DNA of 47,957 nucleotides from an uncultured Christensenellaceae bacterium (GTDB lineage Bacteria; Bacillota; Clostridia; Christensenellales; CAG-1252): NCBI GenBank assembly GCA_964619685.1, contig CAZUET010000002.1, positions 1 to 47,957 of the forward strand, read 5' to 3'. Shown piece by piece: positions 8,880 to 20,800 of this stretch (position 1 is its first letter; each line of letters starts with the position of its first letter). The notes under the pieces were generated by a model. It saw only the letters and a program-made list of their open reading frames with translations, ran no database searches and was not told where the DNA came from. The position numbers and the translations under genes were made by a program.

Positions 8880-11800
8880 TTAGGCGACGGTGGGTTGAAG
8901 AGAACCGTCAACTAAGGTGAAATTGCCTACTTCTACACCGTTGGAGTCGTAAACGACAAGGGTGGATGCATTGTATACGGCATTAGCTTCTGTAACTGCC
9001 GTACCATCCTTTATGGCGGTAAAGGTTACATTACCGTAAATCTTTCCATTGTAATAGAATGCAGTGTTGGTTGAACCGTCAGAATAGGTACAAGTTAGCA
9101 ATTTTGCCGTTCCGCTTAACCATGCACTTCCATTAATTGAAGTCGGTGTAACATTTCCTTCTTTGACAATAAAGTAAACGTTAATATCACTTTGTCCCAA
9201 GGTCCTATTTGTACTAAAATCATCATAGACAACACCATTATCAATATCAACATTTCTTGGTGACGATCCATATTTAAATGTATCACCGTTCTCAGTCAAT
9301 GTGCCACTACCTTGACCAGTTACGTTTCCATTTCCATCAATTGTGAGTGTTTTTGATATAGTAGTTTTATTTTCTTCACCACTAGATGAATAAACATTAG
9401 CGCCCTTATATGTTCCCATATATGCAAAAGGCTCTTTCCAACCACAGTAGATGGTAGTTGATTCACTTATAGATGTTGCGGTGAATGGAGTAGTACAAGC
9501 TTCATCGGTATACCAAGCGTCAAATACTTCGCCATCGGTAGCTTGACGAGGAATACAATCGTCAAGGTCAAGAGTATCTCCTGCACCTGTTGTGATAACA
9601 GCATTAGCTAAGTCATCCTTATTATATACGATAGTCAAATATATAGCTACATCCCATTTAGCAACCAATGTCATATTCTCGGTCATTAATATTGCATTCT
9701 TTTGAAGCTTTTGAGTTTCGTCACCCTTGATATACCAACCACGGAAGATATAGCCTTCGGCTGATAATGTAGGACGATCGGCAACTCCTGCATATGTGTT
9801 TTCTTCATATGTTTTTGATACGGGAGCTGTATCGTGTTCGGTTTCAAAGGATAATGTTACAATTGCATTCCACTTAGCATATACGGTTGTATCTGAGGTA
9901 GGAGTGATTTTTGTAACTGCTGTTGATAATGCAGATTCCTTAAACCAGCCTTTGAAGACAAAACCTTCATAGGAAGGTGCATAATCACTAAGGGATAACT
10001 CAATATTCTTATTGACTGAAATATCTTCCAAGGTACCCTTACCACCTAAATCAAAGCTTACAGTTACCATAGGTTTATTAACGGTATAGGTCTTAGCATC
10101 TATATCAACGGTCAATTCATAGTACACCTTTACAGATCCTTCGGTTATATAGAGATCATAAGTATAAGAGCTACCTTCTGCAGCAGCGGTAACTGTACCG
10201 CTATTATCACCAATGGTAGCTAAACCTGTACCTGAAAGAACGAGGTCGGATGCACCGTCTAAAGTATATGTTCCTTGTGAGCCGTCAAGCTCAAGCATGC
10301 TCTTACCATCACTGCTCTTAGCAAATTCGCCAAGTAAATCGCCCGTGAGCGAGTATATCTTCAATGAATTTACTTGGATCTTACTACTTGTATAGATTTC
10401 GGAAGCTGTATCAATATCAGCACTATCCGTAACTATAGTTACTTTTTGAAGCTTGTTATCAGCGATATAAAGAATATAACTTTCGGAAGTCTCGCCTTTC
10501 GTTACCTTAATATCGATAAGTCTATTAAGACCCTTATTCCAAGCAAACTGTATAGCATTTGTTACAGTAGAACCACTACTATTAGTAAGTGAATCAGCAC
10601 CCTTGATCATAACATAAATGTCGTCTTTCATTGCAGTTCCGCCTGAGCTGTAGTTGTATAATAAGATTCCATTTACGCTATCGTAATAAGCCCAATAAGT
10701 ACCAAAATACAGAACACCCGTAGTTTCATTATAATTTGTAGCAGTTTTTCCGCTTATTCCAGGACCGGAGATCGCTTTACCATCTGCATCGATTACAAGA
10801 TCAGATCTTGAAGCTAGATTTCCGTTAGTGCCATTAACAGAACCCCAGGCTTCAAAGCCCTTATATGTACCGATGAGCGGAGATGAATCCTTCCAAGCAC
10901 AATAAATCGTCATACTTTCGGAAATGGCACCTGGAGTATAAACACTGTCTTCGGTTACACCTGCATCGTTAGATATATACCAATGGTCGAAAGCCTTACC
11001 TGCTGTAGGTTCAGGCTCTACAGGAGCGGTGGTATCACCTACTGCATAATTTAGAACGGCATCTTCTAAGCCGTTACCATATACAACGGTAAGTGTGACC
11101 TTAGCATCCCATTTAGCTACGAATGTAGCATTCGCTGTGGGCTTATAGTGACTTGCAACGATCGATTGAGAAGCATCACCCTCAATATACCAACCACGGA
11201 AGATATGTGTATCGGATGTCAAGTCAGAGGGAAGGTCGATCTCTATATTCTTATTAGTAACAATTTCATCAACACTCGAATATGCAGTTATAAATGTTAA
11301 TGTTACATTTGGTACAACAATCGTATAGGTCTTATTTTCTTTATCAAGAGTGATAATTGCATATTTAGCATTATTACCTGATGAATTCTTAATATATAAG
11401 TCTAATTCATTTGCATTTTCAGTAGCAGTATAAAGTCCGTTTTCACTTCCCAATGTAGCTTTACCAATACCGTCAATAACCAATGTACCTTCAGTTCCAG
11501 TATAACTTCCTTGATTACCGTCAAGTGGAATAAACTTATTTTCAGCATTCTTTCCGTAAGCAACGATTAGTTCTTCACCTTTCGCTATATACAAGAAAGA
11601 TGATTTTGAGACATTACCTGCAACCAAAGATGTACCATTTGCATCCTTGAAACTTACATCAGAATAAAGAGTTGTTCCGGTAATAAAGAAGCAGGTAGTT
11701 TTTGTTCCATTATTATAGCTAACTGTCCACTCATGGTTTGTGAGTGTAGAAGTTCTACAACCACTTAACGAGGTTGTGGAAATAGCGGAGGAGGATGGAA

Positions 11801-14800
11801 TCAAAGTATAAACAGTTGAACCCATATCAACCGCTGAATCTAATGCGGATGACACGTCCTCAAGGGAAGAGCAGGATGTATAACATCTAAAAATAATTCC
11901 TGTAGATCTATCCAAAAGACCCCAATAATAACGGGTACCCGAATTTGTTGAATAGTTATAGTCCTCACGAATTACCACAGTATTATCGGATTCATTGAGC
12001 CAAGAAATAGTTATTGTACTACCGGGATATACCGGTGCGGAGGTAGAATTACCAACTACTGTAGCAACTCCGTTTTTATTAGTAACGATAGCATAATCAT
12101 CTCCGGAATAACTTACACCTACAGATCCTGTATAGAATTGTACATAACGATACTCGTTATTTTCAAAGGGAGCAGGATCTCTCCATGCGGCGGTAACTGT
12201 GGTATTAGCGGTTATCACTGTATCTGCAGTAAACTCTACATCACCAACGAACCAACCATCGAATACAAAGCCGTCTTTATCGGGATTTTTAGGCATACTG
12301 TCGCCAACAGAAGCATTTTCTTTTACGCTGATAGTTATATCAGCAGAACCGTTACCAAGAACAAATGTAACATCAAAGTTGTCTACAGGCTTATCTTTAC
12401 CGCATACTCTACAAACATCGTCAACATAGTCGTGTATATTAGAGAATTCACCCGATTCAAATGTTTCACTACCTAAGGCGTCACAAACAGCACAGTGCTT
12501 ATAATAGGTAGCTTTAGCATTACAGGTAGCGGCTGAAGCGAGGAATTCCTCGCTTACAGTCTCTTGATCAAATACACAGCTATGAGGAGCAATAAAGCTT
12601 TCACTTGTTACGGTTGCACCATTATAGAATGTATAAACATTAGAACTATAGAATGTACCCTTAGAGAAGGTAATTGTCTTATTATTCAATGTACCGATAA
12701 AGGTCTTACCAACAGCGCTGTTACCGACAATACAAGATGTAATGGTAAATGTAATAACTGTTCCATCACAAGTATAAGCAGTATTGAAAGGATAATTGTC
12801 GCCTCCCTCCAAAAGGGTTGCTTCTGTATCGCTTGTAAAGGTAAGGGTCAAATTATGATCCCATTCATCCCATTCATTATAGTACTTTCCTTTAAATACA
12901 GCTCCGTTTAGTGATAGTGCTGCAGACCACTTAGCATAAATTGTGGTAGTTTCGGTAATGGTAGTAAGTGTAAACTCATTTTGGAATGCAGCGTCTAAGA
13001 ACCAACCGTCAAAGTAGAATCCGTCTTTTACTCCAACAAGCGCATCCAATGAATCCATATCGATGGTCTCGCCAAGATAAACATTATAATTCGATGCAGG
13101 ACCGTTATTAGTCATAACAGTAAGTACATACTTAGGTTGATCATCTCCACAAACGGTACAAACATGCTCGGAATAGCTGTGATTACCAAGGACGGTACCG
13201 TTAAAGGTTTCGGTAGATGCTTGCTTACAGATTGTACAAGACTTATAGTATACTGCAAAATCCTCACACGTAGCAGGATCTTTGATATATGCATCATCTA
13301 CAACATCTTGTAGGTTATGGTCATGGACTACAGGATAAATGACGAAGTCCTTAATAACTGCCATATCTGCATCCTTATTACTCGAACCGTCCTTTTGATA
13401 AACGAGAGTCATTACGTCACCCGCTTTTAATGTTACAGTGTAATCGGTGAAGATATCAATACTGTTTGTATCACTCTTAGCACCACCTGCGGTAACCATA
13501 GTAGATTTATTTATATCAATATGGAAGTAATCCCACTTAGTAGCGTGTTCGGATTCGCAAGCATACTTAAAGGAAACAACGGTATCGACATAAACGGTAA
13601 TGGTTATAGTGGAATTACTACTATTCTTACCGATATTGGTGCTATGCCAAATATCACCTGTTCTATCCCAAGGATAGGTTTCGGAATCAGTTATTGAATA
13701 TGGGTCATGCTCTATCCATTTAGCATAGATAGTAGTATCTGCATCAATTACACTCAACGAAACAGATGTAGTGCAATCAGCATCGGAGAACCAGCCGTCA
13801 AATAACTTACCATTATTATATATTACTTTATAATCATCGAGAACAACGGCGGAGCCTTGACTGAAATCAAAGATACCGTTATCTAAGCCATTACCGTATA
13901 CAACTGTAAGGGTAACCTTATCGAGCCATTTAGCAACATAGGTAATATCCTCTACAGGTGTCAGCTTTGTAACAATTCTTTGAGATTCGTCACCTTGAAC
14001 ATACCAACCTACGAATATATGGTCAGCATCGGTTAAGCCTGTCAATAGAGAAATAGGAACATTCTTATTGACGGCACCGCCTACAGCGTTAGCTTGATCG
14101 TAATCAGAAACATATGTTACTGTTACGGTAGGTTTAGTAGCTGTATAGGTCTTAGCTGTCTTATCTAATGTAAGTACATAGTATGCGGTCTTATTACCGT
14201 CGGAGTCTAATGTATAGAAATCAAAGGTTTCGGTATCACCGAGCTTAGCATATGTACCATGAACACCGTTAGCATCAACGACTCCGCCCATACCGTTAAG
14301 AGTCAAGCTATTAGAAACACCATCAAGAGTACCTTCATAAGCACCTTGATAACCATCCATTAATTGAAGTTTGGAACCGTCACAAGCATATTCAGCAATC
14401 AATGTTCCATTCTTCTTAACGATAAATCGATCGAACGAATCAAGATCGGAAATATCTGCAATAGCTGAAGATGATTCATCAACAAAATCTACTCCCATAT
14501 ATACCGAGCTACCATTAGCAAATATACCAAAGGAGCTATCTCCGCCAACGTAAGCAAAGGGCTTTGTATCATCCCATGCTTTTATTGTCTTAAAATCTGC
14601 TTTTGTAAGCTTAGTATCGGTAGGAATAAGGATCCAAACATAGGTATATTTTGAACTGCTGTCTCTCGAAGCATTAAGAATAATAATACCGGTAGCTGAA
14701 TCAATAAAGCCATAATATGTAGACTTTGAATGCGTAATCGTCTCTTCGTCGGTATACCAATCGGTCGTAATCGAATCATACTCGTGAACGATACTGATTG

Positions 14801-17800
14801 CACCTGTTGTTGAATCTATGATTGTAAGCTTAAGCGAAACATTCTTGTATGAAGATGAGTTAGTGAATACACTTCCGTCAGGCTCGGCATTACCTTTCCT
14901 ATCAAAGGTCAAAGGATTGCTTGAGAACGTGGATGTATAATTATCATTTGCCCAGAACTTAGCACCATAGTAGCTATTCATAAAGATAGGTGGATTTACC
15001 CAAGCTACATAAATAGTGGTATTTCCGTTAATTGCGGACGGAGTATATTTTTTACTTTCGGTAGCACCGTTATCATCGGATAGATACCAGTAGTCAAATA
15101 CCTTACCGTTAGTCAATTCAGGCTCAACTGGAGCGGTGATATCGCCTGCACCATAATAGAGAACTGCATTATCTAATCCGTTACCGTATACAACGGTCAA
15201 GGAATACTTAGCATCCCATACTGCGGTAAGTGTGATATCAGCAGAAGGAGCGATGGATGTATAAACAGTTTCATCGCCTGCAACCTTCCAACCACGGAAT
15301 ACATGGTCTGTAGCGGTCAATACAGGTAATGTGAACTCGATATTCTTATTAACAGAATCGACCTCGGGTAATCCTTCAATAGCAGTTATATCTGAAGCAT
15401 AAGTAATATTAACATTTACCTTAGTTGCAGTGAATGTCATATTGGTGGAATCTAATACAAGAGAATAGAACTCGGTATTATCACCGTCTACTACTACATA
15501 AGACTCAATTCCACTATCGGTTGCGGAATAGTCACCGGACTTGTCGCCCCAAACAAATGCTCCGTTACCCTTGATAACCAATGTTCCGAGTGTTTCGTTT
15601 GTATAAATACCAAAGTATTCGTCGGGAGTAACAGGAGCCTTATCTCCATATGTCAAGCATTTACCCAAGTTTTCAAGTGACTTAGGAGCAACTACTGCAA
15701 ATATACGGTCACCATTACTGTCGTATACAACTACACTGTCGGAAGATCTAAAGTTTCCAATTGTCAATGTATCACCAACTGCATTCTTAACTGTTACATT
15801 GGAATATAACTCATCGCCATAGTGGAATAGCAACGTATCTGTACCTTGTGCGGTAGGCATTTTAATAAATTGAGCGTAATCAGCGTATTTATTATCGCTA
15901 CCCTTCTTCTTAGCAGGTACGCCCTCTTGTTTTGTTACTTTACCGTCAGAAGCAAGATTTTTACCAAATACAGCAAAGTCATAACCGCTATCGTCAGTTA
16001 TTGTATAAACAAGAACTTCAGTTGCTTCATCAAATAAGAATGTATGTTGATCTAATGAGCTATCCTTCCATACAAGTTTACCAGCGGAATATGATACAAC
16101 GGTACCTGTATAGGTTCCGCTGATCTTACCATCAACGGTAATATTTAAGGTCTTAGATGATCCAAACGTATAGCTTGCATTTCTTAAGAAGCTACCTGTA
16201 TAGCTACCTACATATGAAGGTAGCTTAGCCCATACAGCAATGATCGATGCTCCGCTATCTTCGGGAGAAAGTGTTGCATCATTCTCAAGGTCGATATCTT
16301 CGTCGTCGATAACTCCGTTTCCGTTCATATCGAGCTTCCAACCTACAAAGTAGTGAGTATCACTGGTTCCAATACAATCAGCTAAGAAATCACCGATAAT
16401 ATCTCCGTCACCAAGATATATCTTATCAATCGAGCCAAACTCATTGATAACATTTATTACAACTTTATCAGCCCATACTGCGGTAAGTGTAACATCGGCA
16501 GTTACAAGATATGGATTAGAAACGACGCTTCCGTCAGCCAAAGCCCAGCCCTTGAAGGTCTTGGTAGCGGTATGTGCCATAACGGGAAGTACGTGTTTAA
16601 TATTGATATTATATGAGCCTGCAGAAGGAGCAGTTGTACCATCTTCGTTAGAAACGAAGGTTACGGTTGCCATAGGCTCAACAATACTAAAGCTGTTACC
16701 GCTAAGTGTAATTCTATAATAAGCGGTAGAAACACCCGCATCGTCTTTACGATATACATCTAATGTATAATCAGAGCCTGCCGCAGCCTTGGTATAAGTG
16801 CAATTTGAAGAACCAAGAACAAGGCTACCGTTTCCACTAACGACAAGTTTTTCGCCTTCAGTCGATGTATACGATCCTACGAACTCGTCTAAAACAATAA
16901 ACTTACCGTCAACTAATCCATAACGGGCTACCACGGTATCTCCCGCAGTTACAATTACACTACCCTCATTAACAATCTTATCGACTGTAACGGGTTTTTT
17001 ATCTATAGCAGTAGTAAGGGTAACTCCAATATAAACACTATCTTCGATAGTCAAGATATTTGTTCCCTTATAAGAGATAACAAAGACCCAATCGGTCAAT
17101 GTATCCAATTTAATACCCTTATAGTCATCAGCCGTTACATTAACAGTATCGGGAGTAACAGGTACTAAGCAGAAAGCACTTGAACCTAATTCAAATTTTG
17201 TATCGGGAGTAGGCATAGTATCAAGAGATATATGTCCTCTAACAATTATGCCAGAAACAGGATCAACAACTGCTAAATAATAGCGAACTCCGGTATTACT
17301 TACAGTAGTATCTACGCCCCAATCACTATCTTCTTCGGTCGTACTATAATTATAATTTTCGATTATTAAAGCAATAGAATTGTCTTTATCGAACCAACAG
17401 AAGGACAATGTACTACCCGGATATACAGGTGCACTGGTAGAGTCGCCAACTACTGTAGCAACACCTAATTCATTGGTGTGAATATGATATACAAAGCCTG
17501 AATAATTTAAAGCTACGCCACCATTTGTGGTATACGCATAACGATAATCCTTATTGGCAAAATCGGAATATACACCCCACTTAGCTGTGGCGGTAATTGG
17601 AGCTGTAATTACGGAATCTGAAGTAATTGGATTATTACCTACAAACCAACCCAAGAAAGACTGACCTTCTTTTGAAGGAGCAACAGGTAAATTACCACTT
17701 AATGAAGAATTCTTAGCTATATATACAACGATTATATTAGATCCATTAGCTGAATCAAATTTAACTTCTATCTTATTACATACCGAACAAACACCATCTA

Positions 17801-20800
17801 CGATACTATGAGCACCAATTTCTCCGCTCGTAAATGTAACTGTATCAAGGTCATGACAAACTGAACAGCTCTTCCAATAAACAGCAGGAGATAAACAGTT
17901 AGCATCACTCTTGTGAGCATAATCTGCTACGATCTCTTTCATATCATGTCCGTTAGCTGAAATAACTAAGTTAGAATCAGAGATAACACTGTTATCTGCA
18001 CCAAAATGTTTATTACATAATGAACAATCTTTATGTCCTTTAACACCTGCTTCGTTACAGGTTGCAGGAACTTCGTTTACCCATGTGCCAAATTTATGTG
18101 CATCTGCATCTATTGTTATAACTAAATCGGCAATTTCATCACCATCATTATCGAAGTGCTTGTTACACCAAGTACAATCTTTATGTCCTTTAACACCGGT
18201 TGCTGAACATGTTTCGGGAACCTCACTTACCCATACACCAAAGTTATGAACAGAAGAATCCTTTTCAATGGTTAAATCGGTAATAACTGTACCGTCCATG
18301 TCAAAATGCTTATTACAGATAGAACAGTCTTTATGGCCTTTGACACCGGTCGAAGAACAGGTTGAAGAAACTTCACTTACCCATGTACCAAATTTATGTG
18401 CATCTGCATCTACTACAATAACTAAATCGGTAATTTCATCACCATCATTATCAAAGTGCTTGTTACACCAAGTACAATCTTTATATCCTTTAACACCGGT
18501 CGAAGAACAGGTTGCGGGAACCTCACTTACCCATGTACCAAATTTATGGGCATCAGCATCTATTGTTATAACTAAATCGGCAATTTCGTCACCATTATTA
18601 TCAAAGTGCTTGTTACACCAAATACAATCTTTATGTCCTTTAACACCGGTTTCTATACATGTTTCGGGAACTTCGTCTACCCATACACCAAGGTTATGGA
18701 CGGAAGGATCCTTTTCAATGGTTAAATCGGTTAAAACAACACCATTTACATCAAAATTCTTTTCACATACAGAACAAACCTTGTGACCTTTAACACCGGT
18801 CGAAGAACAGGTTGAAGAAACTTCACTTACCCATACACCAAATGTGTGACCATGTGCTTTGATAGTCAAGTCTTCAATTTCAACACCCTTATTATCAAAG
18901 TGTTTGTTACATACGCTACAATCTTTATGTGCTAATTCACCTGCTTCGGTACATGTAGCTGGTTTTCCGCCATTCCAATCGGTAAAGATATGACCAAGCG
19001 CAACAATAGTAAGATCTGTCAACTCATGATCATCTACATCAAAATCTTTATTACATGCAGTACATGCTTTATGTCCTTTGACACCGGTTTCTGTACATTT
19101 TGCTGGTACTTCTTTAATCCAATCACCAAAATCGTGGCTATAGGGAATAACCTTCCATGTGTTAAAGTTATCTATCTCATAGATGCCGTTAGCATCGGTA
19201 AATTTCTTTTCACAACCAGAACAAGCATAATATGCTTTGATTCCGTTAGCAGTACATGTTTTAGGTACTTCGGGAACAAAAGACAAATGATGCGTAATAT
19301 GTCCTAATGCTTCCTTAATAACAAAGCCACATTCGGTACATAACTGCGGATCGGTTTCAGTTGCCTCGCTACCAAGGATATGCTCTTCGAAATCAGCAAT
19401 ATCACCGCATACACATTCGTGCCAGTGACCGTTTGAGTCTTTAGTCCATTCTTTAGAATAGCTGTGATCCTTCAAATCGCCATATGGCTCTGTGCATATA
19501 GAACACTTTGCTTGAACGGTACATGTTGCAGAACCACCCTCGTGATTGGCTTCGCTAACCTTATGACCACAGCAAGAATACTCTTTCCAGTGCTTACTAT
19601 CACTATGTAACCAATTTCCTAATGCACCTGTATGGTTGTCTTCGTCTTTGCTGATTACTATGTCGGCAATAACTGAGCCATCAACATCAAAATGCTTATT
19701 GCAGATAGAACAGTCTTTATGTGCTTTGATACCGGTAGATATACATGTTGCATCAATACCGTCAATCAAGCTACCAAAACTGTGTGCATTAGAATCAATC
19801 GGTATAATTAAGCTAGATAATACATTGCCATCAACATCAAAGAATTTACCACAAATGGAACAATCTTTATATCCTTTGATACCCTCATGTGAACAATCGG
19901 CAGAAACCTCTTTATTCCAAGAACCAAAACTATGTGCATTCGAATCAACTGCAATAGCTAAATCTGTTAAAACGACTCCATCAACATCAAAGTATTTATT
20001 ACATAATAAGCATTCTTTATGTCCTTTAACACCTGCTTCGTTACAGGTTGCAGGAACTTCGTTTACCCATGTGCCAAAACTATGTGCGTTTTCTGCTATT
20101 GCAATTGTTAAATCGGTTAAAACGACTCCATCAACATCAAAATTCTTGTAACATACAGAACAAACCTTATGGCCTTTGACACCGGTATCCGAACAAGTTG
20201 AAGGAACCTCGCTTATCCATTTTCCAAAGGTGTGAGCAGATTGATCCTTTGCGATGGTTAAATCGGATAACTCATTTCCGTTTACATCAAAATTCTTGTT
20301 ACATACAGAACAAACCTTGTGACCTTTGACACCGTCTTGGGTACAGTTCGAGGGAACTTCGTCTACCCATGCACCGAAAGTGTGACCTGCAGGAGCACCG
20401 TATTCAAAGGTTTCGGTTCCTAACTCTCCACATTTACAGCTCTTGTAATAGGATGCCGACTCGATACATGTCGCAGGCGTTGCTAAAGCTGAATCAATAG
20501 CTTGCTCTTGGTCAAATACATGGGTATGACCTAAAGCAGGTATTACAACTGTTACTGTGCCGTACTCGGATGTGTAAGTTTTCTTACCGTCCTTGTCTTC
20601 GGTTGCATCGTCAACGGAAACAGACCATACACTACTGTCGGTCAATACCGGCAGTTTTACAATCTCTTCCATAAAACAATTTTCAACAGTACATACTCGT
20701 TTTGCGTATCCTCCTTCTGATTCGGTAGGCTCGGTCGTTATCGTCCAGTCACCATACGCATGGGTATGGTCACATGCAACAAATACGCTAACCAAACATA

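Noticed and set aside
18268-18786. Plus-strand 172-aa ORF with an internally repetitive peptide (also 19636-20151, 171 aa).
   Set aside because: It is antisense to the Cys/His repeat arrays. Its repetitiveness simply mirrors the sense-strand repeats, its composition is low-complexity Ser/Thr/Leu, and it has no RBS.
17949-20384. Regular ~150-bp periodic repeats that could superficially suggest a CRISPR-like or satellite array.
   Set aside because: The repeats are in frame within one long ORF. They have no unique spacers and the period is far longer than CRISPR repeats. Variation is concentrated at synonymous or conservative positions, and no cas genes are present. They are coding domain repeats.
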